The notes below the pieces were generated by a model. The model did not search any database. It had not been told where the DNA came from and worked only from the letters and a program-made list of their open reading frames with translations. DNA of 61,089 nucleotides, filler included. It is 7 parts of 7 records of this genome, joined end to end, with 100 filler letters (N's around TTAATTAATTAA, not from the genome) between each part and the next. Parts side by side here need not be neighbours in the genome. Positions count along the whole stretch, not along the records: positions 8,212 to 25,441 come from SRR31156797_16578; positions 25,542 to 35,776 come from SRR31156797_16596; 5 more parts are not named here. One strand, 5' to 3'. Positions 19,053 through 28,602 of this stretch are shown one piece after another. Position numbers and translations under genes: made by a program. Numbering within the stretch: position 1 is the first letter of the stretch; each line of letters begins with the position of its first letter.

Positions 19053-19068
19053 CGGCATGATTCTGGCA
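19053..19068 (+). promoter_or_regulatory. Candidate sigma-54 promoter (-24/-12)
   Basis: CGGCATGATTCTGGCA has GG-N10-GC spacing and resembles TGGCACG-N4-TTGCW; 50 bp upstream of the ORF at 19119. Confidence 0.45.
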
Positions 19069-19118
19069 TTTCTCCAAGATGAAAACTTATTCGGGAATTT
19101 TATTCCCACGGAGATGTC

Positions 19119-19583
19119 ATGCATAATCTGGTTCCCACATTGGATATCAAGGAAAAAAGCTTTCACGGCACTTTGGCCGTCGGCGGTCTGACTGGCATTG
19201 TTGAAGGGTCCATTCAATACGGACACCTGACCCTCCACACAGTGTTTCCAGGGATGATGTTGACCCTCATCGGGGCCTTTCTAGGCGGATTTACCGGATT
19301 CTTCCTCAAAGACCTCTTCAGGACCCTTCGGGGCAAAAAACCGTATCGAGGTGTCAATAATGACGGATGGACAATGGGGGCGTTTCTGGGAACGATGGTG
19401 GGGACATTACTTCAAGTGGCAGCCAGCATAGATGGAGCCAATCTCGTGATCGGCTCCATTGTGGGTGCTTATTTCGGGGCCGCGTGTGGTGCCTTTCCTG
19501 ATGAATTCATCACGCCTATCCTGCTCAGAATGCGCGCTGAGAAGCACGCACACACGCCCACAAAACGAAGGCAGCTTCTATAG
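19119..19583 (+). CDS. Hypothetical glycine-zipper membrane protein
   Basis: GGAG RBS; several GxxxG-rich hydrophobic helices; no family recognised. Confidence 0.7.
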   Translation: MHNLVPTLDIKEKSFHGTLAVGGLTGIVEGSIQYGHLTLHTVFPGMMLTLIGAFLGGFTGFFLKDLFRTLRGKKPYRGVNNDGWTMGAFLGTMVGTLLQVAASIDGANLVIGSIVGAYFGAACGAFPDEFITPILLRMRAEKHAHTPTKRRQLL

Positions 19584-19596
19584 CTGCCCTCTTCAC

Positions 19597-20346
19597 TTAC
19601 TTCATTTCGACCCAGATCACTGCGCCGAGTTCAAGCTCACGACCTTTGTATGGTTCATCAGCAGTCGTCAAACCAGCGAATCCCCACCAACCCTGCCACG
19701 GACAAACAAAAGTAAAAACGCCATTTGAGTCGGCGATCACTTCTTGAGTAACCATACGTTCATTTGGAGCGGTACGCTTGCCGTCTTTGTTGTAAAATTC
19801 AACTTCGACACGGGTAAACGGTGCAGGCTTGCCCTTATACATAATTGTGCCCTGAAATACGTTTCCAGCATAATTACCGAACGGACGGGTCAAAGGAACA
19901 ATTTCTGTTTCCAAACCTAACGGTTTGTTCCATTCCTCACCTTCACCAAAACCATCGACAACAACCTTGGTAATATGACGGATATAATTATTCTCGGCAT
20001 CTTCCTTGTACGGAACCGGATCAAAAACGAATGAGTACATCCCAGGACGCTTGGGTGTATAGGAAGTTTTCCAACCGGTATGATCCATAACGCGGGTTTC
20101 TTTAAGTGTGGACAACAAATCCATGCGTTTACCATCATCTATGACCACAAAAAATTCAGCGGGTTTCTCCAACTCCATCCCTTGCAATTCAAATGGATGG
20201 GAAAATGACAAGGTCAACTCCACATCACGCTTCTGCTGTGTTGTCTCGTCCGTATCAGGAATTAACATACCAAAATGAGCGGAAGCGGTTGTCGCCCAAA
20301 AAACGCAAACCAATGCCAATACGATTCTCTGTAAACTCATCATCAT
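19597..20346 (-). CDS. DUF4198 periplasmic protein (NikK/NikM-associated metal-uptake type)
   Basis: Signal peptide ...ASA|HFGMLIP, FSHPF, EIVPLTRP, GNVFQG, VEVEFYN, GWWGFAGL, ELGAVIW. Confidence 0.88.
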   Translation of the reverse strand: MMMSLQRIVLALVCVFWATTASAHFGMLIPDTDETTQQKRDVELTLSFSHPFELQGMELEKPAEFFVVIDDGKRMDLLSTLKETRVMDHTGWKTSYTPKRPGMYSFVFDPVPYKEDAENNYIRHITKVVVDGFGEGEEWNKPLGLETEIVPLTRPFGNYAGNVFQGTIMYKGKPAPFTRVEVEFYNKDGKRTAPNERMVTQEVIADSNGVFTFVCPWQGWWGFAGLTTADEPYKGRELELGAVIWVEMK

Positions 20347-20391
20347 TCCTTACCTGTTAGTGGATACCAGTTTCTTTTCTGTGACCAAATA

Positions 20392-20418
20392 ATGTTACTA
20401 ATACTAAATTTGTAACAC
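20392..20418. promoter_or_regulatory. Candidate NikR operator
   Basis: ATGTTAC-N13-GTAACAC, one mismatch to the GTGTTAC-N13/14-GTAACAC motif I recall for deltaproteobacterial NikR; 46 bp upstream of DUF4198. Confidence 0.65.
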
Positions 20419-20463
20419 GTGTCAAGAACCAATCGCCACTAAATAGCATTGAATAGCCCCCAT

Positions 20464-21393
20464 CTACTCCGACTTTGAAGCAGTCTTCCAACGACGGGCA
20501 AGGGCCACCCCAGACAGATTGTGCCACAAGCTAAACAACGCTCCGGGTAAAGCACTGACAGCTCCAAAATGCTTCACCGCCAAAGCGACGCCAAGACCGG
20601 AATTTTGCATACCCACCTCAATTGCAAGAGTTCGAGCGTCACGCTTCGAACACCGAGCCAGTCGTGCCAAACTGTACCCAGCAATAAGTCCGATACCGTT
20701 ATGAAGAATCACAGCCAAAAGAACGAGTGCCGGGAATGCGAGCAACGTTTTCTGATTCAAACCAATGATACAGGCGATAAGCAGTGCAATAACCATGATG
20801 GACAAAGACGGGAAAAACCGCAAAATCGGCTCCAACCGTTTTCGAAAAATACGCCTAAGAATAAGACCATCCAACATGGGAAAAACAACAATCCAAAAAA
20901 CGGATTGAACCATTGACCAAAAATCAATGTGTACCTGTTTTTCAAGAAGCAAATAAATAATAACCGGAGTAAGCAATGGAGCTAGACACGTGGAAGCCAG
21001 AGTCAAAGTAACAGACAACGGGACATTGGCACGCGCTAGATACGCAATGACGTTTGAAGCTGTTCCACCAGGGCATGCTCCCACAACGACCATGCCAATG
21101 ACAGCTTCAGCCGGCAATCCGAGAACAAATGAAATACCAACCGCAAGTACTGGCATAAGCACATACTGCATGAGCACTCCGAGGCCGACCAGATGCCACT
21201 TGCTCAGGATGTCACGAAAGTCACCAAAATCAAGCGCCAACCCCATGCCGAACATAATCACGCCTAAACCAAGAGGGATATGCGGTTTAATCCAGATAAA
21301 GGACGGTGGATAAATCAGGGCAATTCCTGACAACAAAACCGTGATAAAAATAAAATTCTTTTCTACGAATCTGGGAACTACTTCCAATATCAT
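20464..21393 (-). CDS. Bile acid:sodium symporter (BASS) family transporter
   Basis: IMFGMGL, QYVLMP, CPGGTASNV and EVGMQNSGLG motifs; start reassigned to MILEVV. Confidence 0.92.
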   Translation of the reverse strand: MILEVVPRFVEKNFIFITVLLSGIALIYPPSFIWIKPHIPLGLGVIMFGMGLALDFGDFRDILSKWHLVGLGVLMQYVLMPVLAVGISFVLGLPAEAVIGMVVVGACPGGTASNVIAYLARANVPLSVTLTLASTCLAPLLTPVIIYLLLEKQVHIDFWSMVQSVFWIVVFPMLDGLILRRIFRKRLEPILRFFPSLSIMVIALLIACIIGLNQKTLLAFPALVLLAVILHNGIGLIAGYSLARLARCSKRDARTLAIEVGMQNSGLGVALAVKHFGAVSALPGALFSLWHNLSGVALARRWKTASKSE

Positions 21394-21542
21394 GAATTGA
21401 CACCATATCCTTTTACAAAGACGTGAAGCGAGGTGCGACAAAAAGCCAATCGTTCTGGAAGATGTAAATATATGATGATATGATGGCTGTGAAGAGTTGA
21501 CGAACCGGCAGGAACGCTGTAAGTATCCGTTTCCCGAATGAG

Positions 21543-21627
21543 GGAAGCCGGATGGCGGTTGCGCTGAGAACTCCGTCAGGTCCGAAAGGAAGCAGCGGTA
21601 TTGGTTGCTGCCGGGTGTCCGGTTTCC
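21543..21627 (+). ncRNA. ffs: Signal recognition particle 4.5S RNA
   Basis: Conserved domain IV GTCAGGTCCGAAAGGAAGCAGC inside a long stem closed by GGAAGCCGGA/TCCGGTTTCC; ends approximate. Confidence 0.92.
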
Positions 21628-21631
21628 ACTC

Positions 21632-21665
21632 AAAGGCGCGTTCGATCATGAACGCGCCTTTTTTC
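21632..21665. terminator. Bidirectional terminator (ffs / hybrid kinase)
   Basis: AAAGGCGCGTTC-GATCAT-GAACGCGCCTTTTTTC. Confidence 0.85.
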
Positions 21666-21687
21666 ATGCGCGATCATCCACATCCAA

Positions 21688-24600
21688 TCAAACTATGCGC
21701 TTTTCCAAGCCCTCAACCAAGACTAAAGCTTTCTTAAAATCATACTCTGCAATAAGCTTTAGCATCCGTGCGACATCATCATGCAACTCTCCGGGCCATA
21801 CAAGCTCTTGAACCTCTTTCGCCTTCTTCCGACACACAACAGGTGCACCTTCAGATAATGGCTCCTTAAGAGCTTCCAGCGAAGCTTGCAAATCGGCAAC
21901 GTCAGCAACCTCGCCCGCCTGCTTAAGAACGGTTTTACTGCATTCCACTTTCTTAATCACTGCGATGCTTTGTATAACCATCGCCAGATCGTGTGAAAAA
22001 CGTTCCAGTTTCTCCGACACATCGTCGGAAGACTCATCCAAGGCATGTTCCAAATCGCTGGACGACTCAAACAATTCCATGGCCCCGAGCATACCAGAAG
22101 TCCCCTTTACAGAGTGGGCAAGTCCCACAGCATCTTCAGATCGTCCATCAGTTCTTGCCTGCTCAATTTCCCGAGCAGCATCAGCATACTTTTCGTCCAG
22201 CAACAAAAGAAGATTTCTGTAAAGCTCTTTGTTACCCCGCGCCCGGCGCAAACCAAGCTGAACGTCAATGCCCGCCATGGAAGACGGAAGACAATCCTCG
22301 GATATGGACTCTTTGGTCAAAGATAAAGACCGAGACTGATCCATGGAAGTCGGTCCAATCCACTGCGCAAGGACCTTGAAAAGATCTTCAGGGTCAAAGG
22401 GTTTGGCCACATGCCCATTCATACCCACGGACTGACTCCGTTCGATATCCTCAACCATGGCGTGAGCAGTCATGGCAATAATCGGCAGATCATTAAATCG
22501 ATCCTGTTCACGAAGTCGACGAGTCGCTTCATACCCATCCATAACAGGCATCTGCACATCCATAAGGACAAGATCGACATCCGTTTTATCAAGAAAGTCC
22601 AAAGCAGCCTGTCCATTGACGGCTTCAAAAACCTTGATTTTTGCAGACGCCAAAATCTCCAAAGCCACTTGGCGATTAATTTCATTATCTTCAACAAGCA
22701 AAACTCTGGCCCCACCCAGATTATCAGTAACGCCTTCACGGACCACGGAATCACTGGTTGTGACCATACCTTTACCCAAAGTTTCAACAACAAGATTAAA
22801 AAGGAAAGATTGATTAACGGGCTTAAACAGCAATCCTTTAAATCCCATTTCATTGGACTTTTTCACCAACGAAGCATTGCCATATGCTGAAACCATGAAC
22901 ATGGGAGGCTTAGGGGATATGGACTCATCTGATAAAATGGCCCCAGCAGTCTGAATACCATTCCGCCCAGGCATACGCCAATCAATAACCAAAAGATTAA
23001 ACGCCTCTTCTTCAGGTACATTACGCAATATTTCTAGCGCTTCTTCCCCCGAACTGGCTAAGGATACACACAGCCCCATGTGCTCCAGCATCCCCTTAAG
23101 AATAATTTGAGATGTGTCGTTGTCATCCACCACAAGCGCACGCTGCCCTTGCAACTCTCCCGGAAGCAAAGCGGGCTCCTTGTCCCTATGATAAATCGGA
23201 AATGGAATTTCAAACCAAAACAGGCTTCCCTTGCCCAATTCACTTTCAACACCGATCTCTCCACCCATCAAGCTGACGAGCTGATTGCAAAGATTGAGGC
23301 CCAATCCGGTCCCGCCATATTTACGGGTAGTGGAAGCATCCGCCTGCGTGAAAGGCTGAAAAAGTTCATCAATCTGATCCGCCTTAATCCCTATACCGTC
23401 ATCCTTGACCGTAAAACGCAATCGGGCCTGCTCTTTTTCCAACTCCAGTGGAACAATAGAGACAACCACGGCCCCTTCGTCCGTAAATTTAACGGCATTA
23501 TTACACAGATTAATAAGAATCTGTGCCAAACGCATGGAGTCACCAACAACAGAATTCGGAACATCTTTATCTACGTTGATAAGAAATTCGAGTTTTTTCT
23601 CATTTGCCCTTGGCGAAACAATGGTTGTCAACTGCTCCAACACTTGATCAATCGTGAAACCGACAGACTCCACACTAAGCATGCCCGCTTCAATCTTGGA
23701 CATATCCAGCACATCATTAATAATCCCGAGTAAAGACTTGGCCGAAATGTCTATCTTGTTGAGATAGTCCTTTTGAGTCGCAGACAAATTGGTCATCTTC
23801 GTCAAATGCGTCATGCCGATGATGGCATTCATGGGGGTACGAATTTCATGACTCATGTTGGCAAGAAACTCACTTTTCGCTCTGGTGGCATCTTCAGCGG
23901 CTTCCTTGGCATCAATAATCGCTTTCTCTGTCTGTTTACGAATGTGAATCTCAGACGTCAAAAGCCTATTCGTCTTATTCAACTCATCAGTCCGCAAAAT
24001 AACGCGTTGCTCCATTTCATCATACGCGATCTTGAGTTGAGCCTGTGCTCTTCGTAAATCAGAAATATCGGTGATCATTCCAAATGAACCATCAAATTCT
24101 TCATTCATTCCAATCATCGGACTTGAAGAAACAATAGCCCAAACAATATGACCATCCTTATGCATAAGCCGACGCTCATACTGCGATGAAAGCCCCTGAA
24201 CCCGCTTTTCCATCTCCTGTTCGTGATCAACCAAATCGTCAGGATGCAACAAATCAACTATAGGCTTGCCGTACATTTCCATCTCGGTATACCCAAGCAT
24301 GTCGGCCAAAACCTTGTTGACCATGGTTAAACGCCTATCCTTATCGATAACGATTATACCTTCAGTCGTTGTTTCAAAAAGACGCCTGTATTTCTCTTCG
24401 CTCAGTCGCAACTGATCTTCGCGGGACCGAACTTTTCCAGCCATTTCATTAAACTTGGAAAGAATCGTACGCATTTCCAAGAGATTGCCCTCTTCCTCAT
24501 GTTCAGCATATTCACCGGCAGATATACTTTCGATTCGGGCAATGAGCAGATCCAATGGTGTTCGTAAATTCTTGTTAAGAATCAACTTGGTAAAAACACC

Positions 24601-25095
24601 GAGAACAATAGCAACAAACAACAGGGATAATAGACTGATCCAAGTGGTTTCATACACCTTATCTTCAAAAATAAGCGGCGTCAGACCAAGTTGGATATAT
24701 CCAACCTCAACATCTTCATAGCTTATACGTTTTCCCTTGACGATAGTTACCCCTTCTTCGATTTCTCCAAAGGAATAAACCTCGTTCCCACGGTGGTCGA
24801 CAACATTGATAAAAACGACAATATCTATCTTTGAAAAGGCATCGCACAAACTGACAACAGATTCTTCTTCCATATGCCAAAGATAGGATTCAAGACTATT
24901 GGAAAGGTGGGTGAGAGACTCATTGGCCCTTTGCTCAAATTGGGCCTCGGATTTTTCATACAAGACAAAGAAAACGATGGAAGAAATAGCAATGGCAGAA
25001 GCTGCAAGAACACAAAAAAGACTCGCAGTCAGATGCTGAACAAGGGACCTGTTCCCTCTATGTCTCGGCCTTGTCACAAATTTCAATGAAATCAC
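21688..25095 (-). CDS. Hybrid sensor histidine kinase (TM-HAMP-PAS-HisKA-HATPase-REC-REC-Hpt)
   Basis: EFLANMSHEIRTPMN H-box, NAVKFT, DDGIG, GGTGLGL, two receivers (IDWRMP, MDVQMP), Hpt AHSVKG; GTG start. Confidence 0.95.
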   Translation of the reverse strand: MISLKFVTRPRHRGNRSLVQHLTASLFCVLAASAIAISSIVFFVLYEKSEAQFEQRANESLTHLSNSLESYLWHMEEESVVSLCDAFSKIDIVVFINVVDHRGNEVYSFGEIEEGVTIVKGKRISYEDVEVGYIQLGLTPLIFEDKVYETTWISLLSLLFVAIVLGVFTKLILNKNLRTPLDLLIARIESISAGEYAEHEEEGNLLEMRTILSKFNEMAGKVRSREDQLRLSEEKYRRLFETTTEGIIVIDKDRRLTMVNKVLADMLGYTEMEMYGKPIVDLLHPDDLVDHEQEMEKRVQGLSSQYERRLMHKDGHIVWAIVSSSPMIGMNEEFDGSFGMITDISDLRRAQAQLKIAYDEMEQRVILRTDELNKTNRLLTSEIHIRKQTEKAIIDAKEAAEDATRAKSEFLANMSHEIRTPMNAIIGMTHLTKMTNLSATQKDYLNKIDISAKSLLGIINDVLDMSKIEAGMLSVESVGFTIDQVLEQLTTIVSPRANEKKLEFLINVDKDVPNSVVGDSMRLAQILINLCNNAVKFTDEGAVVVSIVPLELEKEQARLRFTVKDDGIGIKADQIDELFQPFTQADASTTRKYGGTGLGLNLCNQLVSLMGGEIGVESELGKGSLFWFEIPFPIYHRDKEPALLPGELQGQRALVVDDNDTSQIILKGMLEHMGLCVSLASSGEEALEILRNVPEEEAFNLLVIDWRMPGRNGIQTAGAILSDESISPKPPMFMVSAYGNASLVKKSNEMGFKGLLFKPVNQSFLFNLVVETLGKGMVTTSDSVVREGVTDNLGGARVLLVEDNEINRQVALEILASAKIKVFEAVNGQAALDFLDKTDVDLVLMDVQMPVMDGYEATRRLREQDRFNDLPIIAMTAHAMVEDIERSQSVGMNGHVAKPFDPEDLFKVLAQWIGPTSMDQSRSLSLTKESISEDCLPSSMAGIDVQLGLRRARGNKELYRNLLLLLDEKYADAAREIEQARTDGRSEDAVGLAHSVKGTSGMLGAMELFESSSDLEHALDESSDDVSEKLERFSHDLAMVIQSIAVIKKVECSKTVLKQAGEVADVADLQASLEALKEPLSEGAPVVCRKKAKEVQELVWPGELHDDVARMLKLIAEYDFKKALVLVEGLEKRIV

Positions 25096-25324
25096 CTCTA
25101 TCCTGCCAAACCGCCAATCCGAGCAGAATTATCGTACAGCTACATTATCCCCGGTCTTTTTTCACCGAGCAAAGCGCCAAAAAAAGGATACCCTTCTGAC
25201 GCCTCCATCTTTGCACTTCCTATAACACTGGCATATTTCAGTCGATTATATTTTCACTTGTTTAAATAGAAATTTCTTCGAACAGTACATTGGAGTTACG
25301 CCATCAACCAAGCGGCGTCAAAGC

Positions 25325-25357
25325 AAAAAGGCCTACCGAAAATTTCGGTAGGCCTTT
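25325..25357 (-). terminator. Intrinsic terminator after tRNA-Ser
   Basis: AAAGGCCTACCGAAA-A-TTTCGGTAGGCCTTT inverted repeat with a T tract on the minus strand. Confidence 0.85.
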
Positions 25358-25366
25358 GTATTTGCG

Positions 25367-25441
25367 TGGCGGAGAGGAGAGGATTCGAACCTCCGGTGGA
25401 CGTTAGCCCACACACGCTTTCCAGGCGTGCTCCTTAAGCCG
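25367..25441 (-). tRNA. tRNA-Ser(GGA), 5' end cut by the contig edge
   Basis: Minus strand: anticodon arm CACGC-CTGGAAA-GCGTG, long variable arm, GGTTCGAATCC T-arm, encoded GCCA end. Confidence 0.93.
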
Positions 25442-25541
25442 NNNNNNNNNNNNNNNNNNNNNNNNNNNNNNNNNNNNNNNNNNNNTTAATTAATTAANNN
25501 NNNNNNNNNNNNNNNNNNNNNNNNNNNNNNNNNNNNNNNNN
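25442..25541. other. Artificial contig spacer
   Basis: N run with TTAATTAATTAA. Confidence 0.98.
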
Positions 25542-25543
25542 TG

Positions 25544-25930
25544 GCCGTCGAAGAAGCTCTTTTCCCCTGGCTGATCCTCGTTGCCTGCTCCGTTCAGAAG
25601 GAGGGACTCCACAGGGCGGCCGCGCTTCAGGTGCTCATCGGCGATCAGGGGCAGATCGGCCTCGCTGACCCCTCTGTAATGGCAGTCGCCTATGGCCAGC
25701 ACGGGGCCGTGGGCGCAGGGGCCCATGCACCCCGTCTCTTTGATATTCCAGTAGAGGAGGTCCTTCTCCTCCAGTATCTCCGCCAGCCTTGTCAGCAGAT
25801 TCAGGGCGCCCGAGGCGATGCATCCGCCCCCCGTGCAGACCCTGATCTCATATTTGCTCTCATCCGGTTCTGACCTGAGATGACTCCTGTACTGTTTAAG
25901 ATCCCTGGGACTCTGAAAATCACGACGCAT
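25544..25930 (-). CDS. NuoF/HydB-like diaphorase subunit, N-terminal thioredoxin-like [2Fe-2S] domain (3'-truncated)
   Basis: CTGGGC...TGCMGPCAHGP, EHL..GRPVE; overlaps the end of the NuoE-like gene. Confidence 0.85.
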
Positions 25931-26456
25931 GTTCTTCCCCCCTTCCGTAGCTCTCCAGGATCTCCCGGATTCTGGCCGGTTTCACCCTCTGATGGATGTC
26001 CTCGTCGATCATCATGACCGGCGCCAGGCCGCAGGCTCCGAAACAGCGGCCTATCTCCAGGCTGAAGCGCCTGTCCTCCGTGGTCTCTCCCACCTTGATG
26101 CCCAGGATCTTCTCCAGGGTGGATAGCAGTTCCTTGCCGCCCCTTACGTAGCAGGCCGTTCCCAGGCAGACCCGGATAACATGATCCCCCCTGGGGACGG
26201 TGGAGAAGAAGGAATAGAAGGAGACGACGCCCGTCACCTCGCTCAGGGGGATCTCCAGTCTCTCGCTAATGTGGACAAGGATTTCGCGGGGGAGATAGCC
26301 CAGAAGATTCTGGGCCGACTGGAGTACGGGGATAAGGGCTCCTCCGACGTCTTTGTACTCATCGATGATATCGTCAAGCTGGGGAATGATGTCTGCGGGA
26401 TCAAGATGTGTGGACTCCCGATCTTCGCGGACCCTTTCAGAATGTAATTCTTTCAT
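25920..26456 (-). CDS. NuoE/HydC-like [2Fe-2S] subunit of an NAD(P)-dependent (possibly bifurcating) hydrogenase/dehydrogenase
   Basis: LIPVLQSAQ..GYLP, GVVSFYSFF, CLGTACYVRG, CFGACGLAP; start MKELHS with an AGGAG RBS. Confidence 0.9.
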   Translation of the reverse strand: MKELHSERVREDRESTHLDPADIIPQLDDIIDEYKDVGGALIPVLQSAQNLLGYLPREILVHISERLEIPLSEVTGVVSFYSFFSTVPRGDHVIRVCLGTACYVRGGKELLSTLEKILGIKVGETTEDRRFSLEIGRCFGACGLAPVMMIDEDIHQRVKPARIREILESYGRGEEHAS

Positions 26457-26735
26457 GGATCGGCTCCTGATAAATAATGTATTGCGGGTGAGTTGTATGC
26501 TGCCTTGAGCAGTTAGAGGCGGGCGCCTCTTCACAGTTCGGTGGGCCTTTGGCTCCTTACATTATAATACAGGTCCGGATTATTGGGGAAATATTTATTG
26601 ATATTTTTTTCATGATAGAAATGAACGGGGCGTATACGGCGCATCCGCTCTTCCGGGCCGAAGCGGCGTCGCGGGCGGGGCCGCATCCGATCGCCGCTGT
26701 CCGCCGGGAGCCTGTCTTCGATTTCGGGACGGAGC

Positions 26736-27320
26736 TCAGGCCGGGGGAGCCCCCGTTCCCGCGCGCCCGGTCTCCCGGGCCAGGTACTCCTCTTTCAGGA
26801 GCCCGTAGACCACATGATCCACCACCCGGCCGTAGAGGTTTTCCTGCCTCCGGAGGAGCCCCTCCCTCCTGTAGCCCAGGCGCTCGGGGATGCGCCGGCT
26901 GGCAAGGTTCGCGGGGGCGCAGCGAATCTCCGTTCTGGAGAGCATCATATCCGTAAAAGCCACCCGTTCCATCTCGCGGACGCTGCGGGTCATGATGCCG
27001 CGCCCGGTGAGCTCCCGGGAAAGCCAGTAGCCGATGGCGCATGTGCCCGTATGCTCCCTGATATTGTGAAAACCGATGACGCCGGCAAGCTCATCCCTGT
27101 AGAGAACGGCGCAGTTCATCTGCTCTCCCGTGGCGTATCGTTCCAGGCAGGCGGAGATGAAAAAGGCCGTATGCTCCACCTTTCGTATGCCGTCCAGCCA
27201 GGGGAGCCATTGCCGGAGCCACTCCCTGTTGCGTTCGGTCAATTCGAAAAGGGCGGGGGCGAAGTCGGAGCTGAGGAGCTTCAGTTCCAGTTCCTGGTCT
27301 ATTCGGCTGTGAAACGTCAT
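26736..27320 (-). CDS. RimJ/RimL family GNAT acetyltransferase (YdaF-like)
   Basis: NREWLRQWLPW, IGYWL...GRGIMT, N.ASRRIPERLGY..EG.LR motifs. Confidence 0.9.
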   Translation of the reverse strand: MTFHSRIDQELELKLLSSDFAPALFELTERNREWLRQWLPWLDGIRKVEHTAFFISACLERYATGEQMNCAVLYRDELAGVIGFHNIREHTGTCAIGYWLSRELTGRGIMTRSVREMERVAFTDMMLSRTEIRCAPANLASRRIPERLGYRREGLLRRQENLYGRVVDHVVYGLLKEEYLARETGRAGTGAPPA

Positions 27321-27416
27321 CGGGGAAAAGGGTAGCACAGGAGGGGGAAAGGGGAAAGTGCGTCTTTCTGCTCTAATTCTCTGGTAATCGGCTGTTCTTT
27401 TTCATAGAGTTAAAGA

Positions 27417-27728
27417 ATGGAACATACAGAAGCTCTGGAAGTCCGGGTCGATCATAAAGTACCGGATCTGAGAATCGCCATTCATCCCAATGACGGATTG
27501 GATCTGGATCTGTTCACCAGGGAGCATATGGTCATTATCTCCGCAGGAACGTCGATTGAAGATCTGAAGGCCGGCAAAGGGCAGCTGGGGGAGGGGGAGA
27601 TCCACCTTCTGAACGAATGCCCCATCGGAACCATGCAGGTCTCTGAGACGGTGGCCGCCGGGCTCTGTTTCAGCGAAACCGCCATGGTTATCCGGGACAA
27701 TAAGAAGATCTTTCTGGTGTACAGGTAG
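27417..27728 (+). CDS. Small hypothetical protein, possible double-psi beta-barrel fold
   Basis: 103-aa ORF with coding-like composition; two weakly similar halves; no family recognised. Confidence 0.6.
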   Translation: MEHTEALEVRVDHKVPDLRIAIHPNDGLDLDLFTREHMVIISAGTSIEDLKAGKGQLGEGEIHLLNECPIGTMQVSETVAAGLCFSETAMVIRDNKKIFLVYR

Positions 27729-27731
27729 GGA

Positions 27732-28538
27732 TTAATCCAGAACGGGCAGCTCTTCCATCTCTTCTTCAGCGGCCAGACCGTTTCCGTTGGCATTGCGGCT
27801 TCTCAGAGAGTAATAGGAGCGCTTGTAGAGATCGTTCTGGAATTTCAGATGATGGATTTTCTCCATGAGATAGGCATTCTCTTTTTCCAGATCCCGGGCC
27901 CGGTCCCGGGAGAGTTCCATGGCGTACTTCATCTCGATATGGTTCTTCTGGTCCGTCACCCTCTGGTGCAGGCCGGTGAACTGCCTCAGGAAACTGTCCC
28001 GTATCTCCTTGTCGACCCGGTTCAGATCGTGGAACGACATTTTGTCCATAAAAGAGATGAGGCGGTTGAAGATGTAGGTGGTGGGAAAGACCAGGCTGAG
28101 GCGCGAGTTTCCGTCTTCCTGTCGCTGGAATTGAATCCTGTCCTCAAGGCCTGCGATATGGAGTATGAACAGTTCTTCTTCCCGGCTGTGGTCCAGTGAG
28201 TTGAGGCGTTTGAGCTTCCCTTCTATCAGCTCGGAGGATTGGGAGAATTTCTTCAGAAAGAGCAGGGGCTTGTTGTCCTCGCTCAGGTCAAGGTCCTCCA
28301 GCCTTATGCGATCCAGAATGCGGTTTATATATTCGATCAGCTCGGTCAGCAGCTTGTACAGAAGGCTTCCGCCTATTGTGAACTGCCGTTTCTCGCGCAT
28401 GGCCTTCTGATAGCTTTTAGATTTGACATATTCATCATGGATCAGCAGGACCAACCCCGCCCCGCCGTTACGGGAATCCAACTGGAGCTCGCCATGAAAG
28501 ATATATACCTGATCGCCCTGAATCTCGTTGTTCTTCAT
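27732..28538 (-). CDS. Hypothetical protein with C-terminal coiled coil
   Basis: 268-aa ORF, charged helical C-terminus, acidic tail; no motif recognised. Confidence 0.7.
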   Translation of the reverse strand: MKNNEIQGDQVYIFHGELQLDSRNGGAGLVLLIHDEYVKSKSYQKAMREKRQFTIGGSLLYKLLTELIEYINRILDRIRLEDLDLSEDNKPLLFLKKFSQSSELIEGKLKRLNSLDHSREEELFILHIAGLEDRIQFQRQEDGNSRLSLVFPTTYIFNRLISFMDKMSFHDLNRVDKEIRDSFLRQFTGLHQRVTDQKNHIEMKYAMELSRDRARDLEKENAYLMEKIHHLKFQNDLYKRSYYSLRSRNANGNGLAAEEEMEELPVLD

Positions 28539-28602
28539 TCCCGGCCTTTACCTGATATTTATTAGCATAACACAAATCATTGGGAAATGCCCCGCATAGG
28601 GA

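Noticed and set aside
21394-21633. N-terminal extension of the BASS ORF in the ORF track
   Set aside because: It overlaps the SRP RNA gene on the other strand. Similar over-extended starts were trimmed for the ORFs at 13541, 16198, 26534 and 54629.
25096-25441. tRNA-Ser as an integration site for the hybrid kinase region
   Set aside because: No integrase and no duplicated tRNA 3' end were seen; a normal terminator follows the tRNA.
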